Part shown: positions 37,601 to 49,862 of the stretch, in pieces
How positions within the stretch are numbered: the stretch's first letter is position 1
How the letters are laid out: every line of letters begins with the position of its first letter
Assembly (NCBI GenBank): GCA_043228905.1
Contig: JBHGNT010000008.1
Coordinates: 11,966,001 to 12,030,000 of the forward strand
Source: Azolla caroliniana
Taxonomy: Eukaryota > Plantae > Polypodiophyta
Direction: 5' to 3'
Length of the DNA: 64,000 nucleotides
The notes under the pieces: generated by a model
The model's database searches: none
The model's input: the letters and a program-made list of their open reading frames with translations, nothing else
What the model was told of the DNA's origin: nothing
Program-made: the position numbers and the translations under genes

Positions 37601-40520
37601 CTGTCGTGCTCTCCCCGCGCAAGGAACCAAGGAAACGGTTCACGCGCAAAGAGAAGGGGAAGAGGACGATGCCGGAATTCGAAACCGGCAACGATGAGTC
37701 GGATCGGTGCGTATCCGACTCCGGAAAGGAGAAAGGCAGATCTTCGGCAACGAAGACCGAACTGGCCAAGAAGGGCCTCAAATCAGGTGACGGTGCGTTG
37801 CGCCTATCAACCCGCCAGAAGAATCCCGTCATGCGGTACGGGTACAATGAATACATGGCGCATCATTATGCGTACATGACTAAGGTAACAGAAGTGCGTG
37901 AGCAGGAGAACTACGCAGAAGCGGCAAAGGACACAAATTGGCGTGCCGCTATGGATGAAGAAATGCGGGCACTCGATGCCAACGAAACTTGGGACCTAGT
38001 TGATCCTCCCCGTCACTGTAAACCGATCGGATGCAAGTGGGTGTACAAGGTCAAGTACAACGCCGACGGTTCTGTTAACCGGTACAAAGCCTGGTTAGTG
38101 GCGAAGGGATACGCGTAGACCCACGGAATCGACTACGACGAGACCTTCGCTCCTGTGGCAAAGATGACGACGGTTCGTGTGGTACTGGCGGTTGCTGCGG
38201 CAAGGGGGTGGCATCTTCACCAGATGGATGTGAAGAACGCCTTCCTTCAAGGAGAGCTTGAAGAAGAAGTCTTTATGACTCAGCCCCCCGGATTTCAATC
38301 AGAGATGAACGAGTCGGCGGTATGCCGACTGAAGAAGTCGCTTTACGGCTTGAAGCAAGCCCCCCCCCCCCCCCCCCCCCCCGAGCCTGGAACGCGAAGA
38401 TCACGCACCGGTTGCGTAAGCTGGGGTTTGCTGTCTCTACGTCGGACTCTTCGTTGTTCATCCGGCAAGGCTCTGACGGTCCAGTATGTATACTCTTGTA
38501 TGTGGATGATTTAGTCATCACCGGACCGGGTCTTCCCGAAATCAACCGCGTCAAGTCCTAGTTGTCGGACGCATTCGAAATGAAGGACCTGGGGGAACTT
38601 CATTATTTTCTTGGGATTGAATTGATCTAGACCCCCGACGGCATATTGCTCTCACAACGACATTACGTGTTGAATATGTTGTATAAGTTCAGCATGACGG
38701 ATTGCCGACCTGTCTCCACACCCCTGGACCGGAACCAGAAGCTCTGTCCCAACTCCGGACCGCCCTGCAATTAGAAACGGTTCCGACAGGTTGTGGGAAA
38801 TCTGATCTACTTAACCATCACCCGACCCGACATCAGCTATCTGGTCGGCATGGTAAGTCAGTTCATGCAGAAGCCGACCGTGGAGCACCTTCAGTGCGCA
38901 CAACGAATATTACGGTATGTCAGCGGCACTAAGGACCGGGGACTGCTATACCGGCGAGGTATACCCGAAGAGCTTGTCGGTTACACAGATGCTGACTGGG
39001 CCGGCGATGCGTCTGATCGCCGCTCCACTTCCGGATACATGTTCTCCATAGGTAGCGCGGCCATTGCATGGAGCTGCAAGAAGCAGCCTACAGTGGCTTT
39101 GTCAAGCACTGAGGCTGAGTACCGGGCCGCTACCGTTGCCACTTGTGAAGCCATCTGGCTTCGACGACTGCTGCGAGACTTGCGGATCGAGGTACCGACC
39201 CCGATCCCGATTTACTGCGATAACATGAGTAGCCTGCAGCTTGCCAGGAACCCTGTGTTCCATGCTCGCACAAAGCACATCGAGGTGCACTACCACTTCG
39301 TGCGTGAGCGGGTCCTGAGCGGTGAAGTTGACCTACGGTATCTTCATACGGATCGGCAAGTTGCCAACATCTTCACCAAGCCGCTCGGATCGAACAAGTT
39401 GCAGCACTTTACCGATATGCTCGGTATTCAGCATCTCGACGTGCCGCACTTAAGGGGGAGAAGCAAGGGCAAAGTCTCTACCGAAACGGGCAAAGGCCAA
39501 AAAACTGTTGAACCCGTCAGTAAGAGGAGAGCCGGAAGAAGAGGAGACAAGAAGATGAAGGAAGCCGAGTCGACGAAGGAAGTCGACACATCCGAACAGG
39601 TCGGAGCAAGCGGCTGTGAAGAAGAGTTGTGCACTCAGGAAGAGAAGTGCATGTTGTGCGGAGGTCATCACGATAGTACTGACCAGAATGCGGAGTCGAA
39701 TGAAGAATTCGATTTCGGTTCACCGGCTGAAGAAGCCGAGGGAAGCATGGAGAAGGCCAAGACTCGGAAGTGGTCCGATGTGGTGAGAAGCCTGAAGCCG
39801 GAAGTCGAATCGGAGTGTACCAATTCGGACAAGAGCTGGAACGAGTCGGAGACAACTGACTCGGATCAACAGATGGATCCGGATGAGTCGGATCGACTGA
39901 AGGTCAAGGGGACACGGACACAGCGGAAGTCGATGCCATCGTGGGAGAACCGACGGATCGGCAAGCGCCGGAGTCACAGCAACGTGAGTGCTGAGATGGG
40001 CCTATTGAGCAGACATGCCGACCGAGAGGGTCGAGGCGCGCAGAACCAAAGGGGTCGCGGCAAACGAGACCGGACCGGACGAGGAGCGCGAGCAAGGCGG
40101 AGTGACGCCAGGAGAAGTCGGTTGGAAGAACCGACTGCCACAGAGGTCGACACTACGACCCCACCTTAGGTTGAGCTTGAGCGGGAGGGGAGTGTTGAGC
40201 GGCAAGCTCAACCGGAGCCGGATCGGCTGAATAAGCCGGAGCCGGTAAGCAAGACGGATTGGGCGAAACGGATCGGTATGACGGTGAACAACCGAACCGG
40301 CAAGCAGTGGAGGCCGGGTGCAATCCGTAACCGGAAGTCCAATCGGAAGCCTAGTATAGGATAAACTACTAGGTAGCTATAGTCTCGTAGTAAGTGTCAG
40401 ATGCTCGTGTGAGCATTGAAGTACATGGTACTTCTGTCAATCCCAAAAGGACTTGTATAAATAGTGCTACTTAGCACAGTGTGTATATAGAGTCTTGATT
40501 TAATTTTGAAATTGTGTTCT

Positions 40521-40558
<38 letters not shown>

Positions 40559-40597
40559 GTTCTCTGTTTTACGCTTCCGCAAACACTTATGTTTACA
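34627..40597 (+). mobile_element. Ty1/copia LTR retrotransposon D, full length, inactivated
   Basis: LTRs 34627-35039 and 40193-40597; TSD AATTA/AATTG; PBS TGGTATCAGAGC 35040-35051; gag-PR-INT-RT-RH fragments 35134-40169 with stops and a poly-C frameshift at 38360-38382. Confidence 0.97.
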
Positions 40598-40602
40598 AAT
40601 TG

Positions 40603-41500
40603 CTACAAAATCATATGATAATAGAAGGGTCAATTGGTTTATACTTATGTAACCAATCTTTCCGATTTGTTAAGTTGTTAGTTGCTCCAATATCAAAATA
40701 CCAAATATCATGTATTATGTTTATATTTGGAATAGCTACGAAACAATTCTCCTCAATAAAAGCTCGAAGAACATCTTTATGATTGTCACCACCTTCATAA
40801 TCCTCATTGTAATGCTCATGATCCTTGAGATAGTCACAATTATCAGCATTTGCTTCAACTAGATGAGCTTGGATATTTCTTTGATGTTGGAAACTTCCAG
40901 ACTTTATTTTGGTATGACATTCTCGAGTTGTGTAGCTTGTACATTTAGATATTTTACATTCCCCACGATTTGTTAGTTGGAGGTTTCTTTATCCATTGCC
41001 TCGAATTGTATCAACACTTAAAGAAACAATTAAGTTTGTATGCAAACCATTTCCATAATTGAAGTAGGTTCTAAATCCTTTTGTAGGTGCATGGTCTCTT
41101 CCTATCTTATGTTCGCAAGAAGATCGTTTAATGTTGATAGTTTGAAGAGTTTTTGGTGGTTCTAAATGTCAACCATGGCATGAATGCAGAAGAGCCAAGA
41201 AGGAGAATCTTTTGTAATTTACTTTTAATTTCTCATCTTGCAGTTAATGCATCATTCAATTTCTTTTGCCATATGGAGGGAAACTCACCAACCAGTTGGT
41301 CATCCAATCATTTTCTAATTGGCAAGTGCTTGAAGTATGTAGACTTGTTGAACATTTTTATATTCGTAAATAGTCTGTAAATGCTTCCACATTTCTTGTC
41401 CTCTCCATTTTCCTTAAGATTTCTTTGTATTTCTATTTTTGCGCAAAGCAAGGTCCTTTCCCTCATATTCTTCAATATCTTCTACTTTTTCAGGTTTTCT
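40603..41500 (-). mobile_element. Highly decayed copia gag/protease relic (probable target of copia D)
   Basis: rc of 40681-40703 reads WYFDIGA(T), a copia protease-like motif; surrounding frames broken. Confidence 0.5.
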
Positions 41501-44500
41501 TTGATGATCTTGAAACTATATCCCATAATCTATTGTATTTAAAAAAAGTCTACCTTACCTTCTATATTCCATAATTTGTGTTTTTGACAATTTTTCAATT
41601 ATAAATTTATATGTGCTGAATTGCAATGATGATATGGGTTGTGCCATTATAGTGGAGGGATATCCGAATCAACATTTAGCAAACACCAACTTGGATTAGG
41701 TTATTTGTCGACTTCTACACTATGACTTTTGTTGTTTTAATAAAGGCATAAACTATTGAATTATTATAAGGGCATTGGTTTTGAAGTTTAAGAAGGGCAT
41801 AGGTTATTTGATTACTTTAGGACTTACCATGTACCATGTAGGCAAAGAAAGACAAGAGAGAGTGTAAAGCAACCATATACTATGTATGGGCAAGTGTAAA
41901 ACTTTGGCTCCTTCAACAAAAACTCACTAATTAAAGAAAGGATAACAACATTTTCATATTTAACGATGCCCAAAGATATTATGCAATCATCCAAATTGTC
42001 TTAGCAATTGGGCACGTAGGATTTTCTTGGCACACCCTCATCGATCATGCCCCAAAAATACCATGTCCCATCTAGATTTCCTCTCTCTCGATGCATTTCT
42101 TTTCCTCTTTTTCTCTTTTTCTTTATTTTCATCTGATTCTCTCACCTTCATTGCATTAGCATTTTATCCCCTTGGTGTTTAAACAATACATGAAAGTCAT
42201 GAAGAGTTTGTGTCCACTACAAAATTCACCCCAAAGTCAAGCCAAGAGAGGTTAGCTCTATTTTAAAGTCAAACCACCGGGATTATAAGCAAGACGTGTT
42301 CATAAAAAAAAAGGGAGAGTCAAGTTTAGACGTGAGATAGAGAGAGCATAAGAGCATAATTGAGATAGTGTATAGTAAAAATATGTTCTCTTTTTAATTG
42401 GGAATACAAGCTTTTGTTTACCAAAGCTACAGTATTCCATCCAAAGGATGACCCATTATCTTTTCCTAACTTCGGCTCGAATCCTTCACTTCAATTTTGA
42501 GTGATGAAAAACCTTTTCTAATGAGCTAACTTGATTGATTGGTTGTTAGATGAATGTATTTACTTGATATCTAGATGCTTTTATTCATTCTCCTTAAATA
42601 AGTTTTTGAATAGAGTGCATGTAATATGTATGAGCATATGCGTGTATGAATGCATGTGATACATGCAATGTGCGATTGCCACTTGGTGTACATGCGTCAA
42701 TGTGTGATGCATGAAAACCATGTTGCTCATCTAAGTTAGCATGTATCCAATAACTCATAATACACAATTAGAATAATGAGAGGTTATGTCAGATTATGGG
42801 ATTGATCCTTAGAAATGATAGTACTTGAAGAAAATTTGCAATATTGTTTAAATGTTTTTCATGTCGTAAATAATTAAGCTTCATACATATATATATGAAT
42901 GAGCCCATGTATAGCACGTTTAAGAGATGGTATGAAAAGGCAACAATTTGAATTTTGTTAAAACAAAAAATTTGGCACACATTTTTGCTTAGTCAACAAG
43001 AGCCAAACTAAACACATCGCCATCACAACACTTGAGCTGCAAGCACTAAACCAACTTATGTACACATTTGAATATGTAGACATTTTGCCACAATAGTACT
43101 TGTTCCAACGCAAGAACTATTTAAAAATTTTATCAACGGCACCATTTAACATATACATTTGGCACAACAGGTTGATGACAAATTTTCCTTCCCTGGTTTT
43201 GTTATTATAAACAAGAATTTGATTCATTCTAATTGGTGCATTAAATACTTTTATTTAAATATATAAATAATATTCTTATTCAGTATTTTACAGAAATAGC
43301 TTTCTTTGATTGATGAGATTGTAACATTATGTAGAGCTATCACAAAATGTTTGAAGTTCATCAAAATACTATCTTTTAGTTCCAAGAGTTTCTTATGTTT
43401 TATGTTTTAGTAAGATTGATATTCATCAAAAGAGAGCAACTTTACGCGCATTGATTACAAAATTAGAAGGAAGCTTTAAGGGAAACTATGCAACTTTACC
43501 AATTGTAACGGAATGCGTTGGTTCTCTTGCTATTAAGGGCCTCATTAATGTAGCCGAATGAACAAGGGGTTTCTGTAATATGCAATATTATTATACATAC
43601 GGTTACAGTAAAGAAAGAAAGGAAAAGAGAAACCGTGAAAATGAACAAGGGATCCAGAACAGATTACAATTGACCTGCCCAATCAAAAAGAGAGAATGAA
43701 AAATAAAATAGGTCAAAAAAGAAAAAAGGTAAAGGAAGTGAAACGGTTTGAAAGAGCAGGTACCAAGGAAAAGAAAGAATTGGAAAAATGCAGCAAAAAA
43801 GCCCAAAATAAGAGAAATAAAACGGACCAAAATAAATGAAAAAAGTAATCCCAAGTGAGAAAAATAAATAAAAAATTAGAGAAGGAAAATCATCACGTCA
43901 TATAGGAAGGAAATATAGCCAAATGAGGTCGATTGGGAACAACCAACATCATATGTTTTGCCTATATATTGTACTGAGATTTTGAAAGTATGCTTCCTTA
44001 GTTTTGCTTGGTCAAGGTGTAGGCTTCCTAATCATGTGACATTTAACATCAAGCGCATCATTAAGAAGATCCACAAAATCACACAGAAGTGATGCTTTGC
44101 TTGGTTCCCAAAAAACCCCTGTATGCTCTATCAAGGTATAGGCTCCTAATCACATGACATTCAACATAAAGCCCATCAGTAAGAAAAGTCACGACAGAAC
44201 AGATGCCTAATTTAGCAACATCCAACTAGAAAATTAGCTATTGTACAATAATCTTAATGACATGCTTTATGATGAATAGCATGTGATAAGAGCTTATACT
44301 GTGACCAAGCATAGTTATCAATTAATCATATTTTTGTAATTTTTTCAATGGATGGGAAAGTTTTCTTAGAGAATCAATTTATTGAGAAATTCAATTTTAC
44401 CTGGATCCCTGTTTCTAATGTTTCTGAGAAATTTAACTTATCTGGATCCCTGGTTCTACTTTATCATCTTCTAGCAAATAAATTGTGCCTGAATCTGGAA

Positions 44501-45211
44501 TTTCAATATGTAAAATAAAAATAAGTAAATCAAAACTTTTTGAATACAAGGTGAGAGTGGGGGGATTTTTAAATTTTGAGTCATTGATATATATGTACAT
44601 ATGACATGTCATTAAAAAATCACAAATCTTGGCCTTTTAATAAAACAATTCCTCCCGGTTTCTCTAGGTAGTCTCATTAAGTACCTCTCACAAGAAAAAA
44701 AATATATACATAATAATATTCTACTTTTTAATACATAAGCCTACACATAAGCCTACATCTCGGCGAGACTTCAGAGATGTAAACGAAAAACTCTCCAATA
44801 ATATATTCACAAGGTAAGCTGAAGAAGAACTTGTCCATTTTCACCTTTTACCTCACCACACCATGACTTCATATAGGCCTCTATTTCTCAAGAAAAAAAT
44901 TGTGTCAGTCTGTTAAAATTGGCCTTTCTGATTTTTTGTTAGTACACATCTTCTCATGGCACTTTTGATACCACTTGCATATTGTTTAGCTCAATGATGA
45001 TAGTGTATGAGCTGGGAGTGTGTTTGATTTTCATCTCACATTTAATATCTCCTATAGTTGGACCAATTCATATCATTGCTTTATTTCTTTGTCATTTTCA
45101 TTTTCCTGAAAAGAAAAAGACAAGAAGATCCATATTGATCATGAATTCAAGAAGATTTCCAATAGTTTTAGCAAAACATTACACAGGATTTATTCATTAA
45201 CATAAAATGGA

Positions 45212-48200
45212 TCATTCATGGACAAAATCTAGTTTTGTTCCGATGACCTGTGATAGTTGATAAACAACTGAAGCCACGGGGATATCTGTTTGAGTTTTTA
45301 CGTCATTTCCTACTCCACGTAATGTATCTTCAAGATCCATATCATATACAGAAAGAAAAAGTTTCTACAAACAAGCAGGGATAAAAGAATGTACTTAGAT
45401 CATATGATAACAAACTGTTTTAGATACAGAATTTGATTACACATATTTATACATATACTCACACAGAAATATGTAGCTACACACACTTGCATGCACATGC
45501 ACATGCACATGTGTGTGTATATATGTATATATATACTTATATGGCTGTAAACATAGTGATAATCTGAACTTATCAACACTAGATGGAAGCACACAAGAAC
45601 TACATTAGAGGAACACTAATAAAATACAGGAAAACTAGCTTTTGAATGGTTATTATAGAGAACGATAAATAGGAAATTAAATAAAAAGATGTGGTGTAGA
45701 AAACATAGAACAAAGCTTTATCTAGGGCATTAAAATGAAAGAGAGCATACATGTTCCTCGAAATCAGCACTGGAAAGATTGATGGATAAGTTTTTCATCA
45801 GAAGTAGCACCTGCAAAGCAATCACAAAGTTAGCATGGTTAAAAAACAGAGTATGGCCAATCGTTAAGATCAGCATGTTATTGGAGAAAACTATGTTGCA
45901 TGTTTCTAAAATATGGATCATGTGGTGATAACGCTTAAAAATATGCGGTGTTATGAATTGGTAAGCATTAGAAAGTCATGACAAAAAGTTACATCCTGGC
46001 ATGTAGTAAGGGAATTTATCAATCAGTAAAAATGCTTACAGTTTCACGATCAATCGGTGCCATTTCTTGCATCTTTTCAAGGTGACCATCTGTACTTGGA
46101 TCAAACACACCACCTAGGAAGCTGTACACCTCTGTAAAATCTGGCATTGCTGAAAGAAAAGAAAGTGCCGACTTCAGCATTGGCAATAGAAAATAAAAGC
46201 ATTCACTGAAGGAATGCATAGAAACGAAGTGCTGAAGATTGATCCCTTATTGACTCTCCAGAGAACATAAAAATTCTGATGGGATTCGCCTAGCACATAT
46301 CCAACATGTAAAATTGTTCTATATTAGAATATCCTAGGCTTCCAGTTTTTAGCCTATATACAGGCATCCCCTCTACATTCTTCCATACAAGCTCTCATGC
46401 AGTGTAGCCTTATGTTATTCCATTTAATATAATCACGTCTTCTTTCACTTACTCCTGCTGTTATAAGTGTTATCCTAATGACTTTCTTAATATTCAATTC
46501 TCCATAAATCTAATGAAATTTCAGCTCTAAATGGGCATTGGTGATATATTTAAGATAGTAGCCACATTGATGGAAGCAATGCAAAACTAAAAAGCTGAGC
46601 GTTTTATTTATTTATTGGTTAAGCATTGATTCATATCGCATATTTAACATTGCAAAAGTGCTTTTATGAAATTCCCTTGGGAAAGTAACATCCATTACTT
46701 TCAAAATCATATTAGAAATGGAAACGACTGAAGAATAGGGTAGAAAGGCACCCCGAAGAACAATATCATTGTTCCCATGCATTGACGATAGCTGATTTTG
46801 AGGCATTGAAGAGCTGTCTTTACTATGATCAACTTGTGTCTTTGGAGAAACAACACCTAGTGTGGTAAGCCCTATAAAACAATTATAACAAATTGGAATA
46901 TGCTATATTGTCCTATGCATTAGCTTATGTAATAAATAAATATAACAGTCTTCAGATACTGATGCAATAAACCCATACCTTTGTTCTTTATGCATGAAAT
47001 ATACAAACGAGGAAAAATAAACAATCTTAGGATACTAATCCTGCATGAAATATGCAAAAGGGGAACAACAAGCAATTTTGGAATACTTATGCAATAAACC
47101 CATAAATTCCATCTTTATCCATGGAAACAACAAGATAATAAGTCCAAACAACCTCAAGTTACTCATGCAATGAAACATATACCTTTCCTCTTTAAAAAGG
47201 TGGTGTTTCCTTGAAGAGACACGTGATGAACCCAAGCAGGATTTATTGACACAGCCGACCCTGGTCCAGGAGCAAAATGTTGCACCAAAACCGTACATGA
47301 AGGGTCTGATTGGTTGATGATAGGAGGCATCTGTTGTGTCGCAAATACTAAAAAGAAAAATTATAATCATAAGCTAAAAAATAGCCAAGAAGAGTGAAGA
47401 GAAATTTACCCAAAATACACTTAATTTTTTCACTGAATTCCTAAAAGTGCAAGGATTGTGTTTATAAAATTCACAAAACAGGCTCCATTTCCATATTCTC
47501 ACATGAGATTCATTTTAATCAATGTGTTCCACGCAGCCTACCTGAGTAAGAACATCTAATGGCAACATCACAGTGCCTAATTACTTCATGCCAAAGACTA
47601 ATGGCTTCAGAACATCCAATTGGTTACTCATTGTGGCTGATAAATTGATTCCCACATCTAAAAGGGTTAACCAATCACACCGCAAGTTCCGATAAGCGTC
47701 ACATTCAGAAATGTGGAAATGGACAAAACTTTGGTAATTTCAGAAATGCAAAGGCAGTCTTAGAAATTAGATGTTTTGGAAAATTACCAAACAAGAGGTT
47801 AAAAATGCATAGGTCTATATTCTAACCAGTTTTTGCAGCCTTGTGTGGATAGGGTTGTGCTGATTTACGCTTCGGTCTCGGAGGAGGTACATGCTCTCCT
47901 GTCCCATTCTTTTGAACTTTCAAAAAGTACTTTTGGGCATGGCTACGTATCTAGAATTCATTCAAGAAGGTTTGTTTTAGCTACATGCACAAAGATACAA
48001 TAAACACCAAATATGCTCTCATTATTGTGTTCAGGAATGAGGCAGGGAAGAACAAATATCAAGTTGTATGACATATACTTTTGAGAGAAAAATACACCGA
48101 ATATACCACTAATGTTTTTCATATTTTACAAGGTTAACACCATGGTTTGCAGAAATGAGAGGGATACAGCACATGTTTACTTAAAACACCATCAGATTGA

Positions 48201-48929
48201 TTTAATTAAGCATACATTGCCACCAAACTAATTCGTTTTATATCTTATTATTTAAGGTGACGCTTCATAATTCCATTATATATTTACCCTCCAAGAGTTC
48301 ACACTGACCTGAATGACAGTTTTTGATCCAATAAAAGCTTCAATCTTTTTCCAATCTCTATCAAACCTGTTTTTCCAGATTATGCCAAATTTCACAACAT
48401 TTTCACAAAAATAATACGTGAAGTGGGGCATTTCGTTCAACCATTTAACGTAGATTTATCAAAACGTGCAACATTCTTCAGAAATACTCTAAATTTGTTG
48501 ACGTAAAAGGGAAAGGGTCGCAACACAACAAACAGGAAATTTCTTAAATCTGACAGGTTCTAGAATCCAGGCAAAAAGATTTGCAAATGTTAAATGATCT
48601 AATCTGAAAAAGTGTTGATTAGGCCGAGGGAGGCTGGCCTATCATGCCTGAATCTGAATGTTGACAAATTAACACTCCTATTTCAAAGGATGCGTCACAA
48701 ATGAATCATAGTTTCTATAGACTTACAGCTGGAGGGCTTCTAGGAATTTATCGTGTTCTTGATCAGTCCAACTCTCTCTAGATTTGGTGATAGTGTAAGG
48801 CTTCCTTACTTTCTTGCTCAAATCTTCCATTAATAAAGCCGAGACAGAAGAAGAGGAAGAAGAAGAAGGGTTAACGTCTCCAGAAACAGAGCCCATCATC
48901 TCAGAAGTACCGATGAGATCTATAGCCAT
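45212..48929 (-). CDS. RVE: REVEILLE / LHY-CCA1-like (LCL, RVE8-clade) single-MYB clock transcription factor, ~336 aa, 9 exons
   Basis: Exons with GT/AG and consistent phase: 48929-48727, 48366-48309, 47950-47827, 47576-47542, 47330-47183, 46871-46752, 46149-46040, 45810-45751, 45364-45212. MYB: [63 protein letters not shown], then [11 protein letters not shown]; LCL domain [37 protein letters not shown]. Exons 4-6 and the last exon end are less certain. Confidence 0.93.
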
Positions 48930-48974
48930 GTATGTACGTTATGTAAACAAAGAGATGGAGGGATGGATGATTAC

Positions 48975-49300
48975 AGCAAAAGAAAGGAAAGGGGAAGGGG
49001 GAAGGGGGAAGGGGGAAGAAGTGTGGGGTCGACGCAGCAGCAAACTTGTGGTGGTGACTCCTCCACTCCACGCACGCACTCTTCTTCTTCTTCTTCTTCT
49101 TCTTCTTCTTCTTCTACTGGGAGTGGTGGGCCGGCCCCACAAAAAGAAAGAAAGAAAGAAAGCCCTTTCTTTGCCCCTTTCTTTTGCCCTTTGCCCATCA
49201 CCACACCACATCATCTCATTCATCATCAAGAATATCATGAATATATATATATATATATATATCACATCAAGAATAGCCCACATATATATATATGTACATA
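48975..49300 (-). promoter_or_regulatory. 5' UTR/proximal promoter of RVE gene with (GAA)n and (TA)n microsatellites and GGGCCGGCCC palindrome
   Basis: (CTT)11 at 49081-49113 on +, pyrimidine patch near ATG on -, site-II-like TGGGCC motifs on both strands ~49127-49139, (TA)n 49242-49262. Confidence 0.45.
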
Positions 49301-49559
49301 TACATGAATTCCTCACAAATTGTGGCGGACATCGATCGATATGGGAACAATTGATCCAATAATGAGTATTGTGATGGTACAATGTAATCGTGAACAAGAA
49401 GAATTTAGAAGCTCTAAGAGATTTAAAGGTATTGAGGACAAAAAATTGACATATGTCGAGGCAATACATACACTAGATGAAGTTGACAATGATCATCGTA
49501 ATTGGGATCATTTATGGGGGGTTCCCAATACCTTTGTTGTCCGATATTGTGGAACAAAT

Positions 49560-49862
49560 TGAAAATGCAACAAAAGAATGCATCGATGAGGATGTGCTTG
49601 ATGTGGAAGTTGATGCTAAGGCAGTGTTGCAATTTTTTCATGTATTATATGATCGTTCCTACGGTTATATTTATTTATTTTTACTAGGAAACTCCCATAC
49701 ATCCATTGGATTAAACAATTGTTGAACACAATTGCGTCACTGAATTGTGTTGAGAATATATATGCAAGACCAAGAGGGTTTTATGATGTCATATTTCGTT
49801 CCACGCAACATCGAAGTGCATTTTTGGATCAAATCCCCATGTTTTGTGATAAACGATCAATG
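49560..49862 (+). mobile_element. Decayed LINE ORF1 (DUF4283-like) fragment
   Basis: VENIYARPRGFYDVIFRSTQHRSAFLDQIPMFCDKR resembles plant L1 ORF1 GFF.V.F...R..L...P pattern; cut by LTR-like insertion at 49863. Confidence 0.45.

Noticed and set aside
44010-44460. Short tandem duplications downstream of RVE
   Set aside because: Two ordinary diverged local duplications (~118 bp and ~43 bp periods) with no further structure.
48814-49469. Long ORFs overlapping the RVE 5' end
   Set aside because: Products are poly-L/R/S/E translations of the (CTT)n microsatellite and antisense of exon 1.
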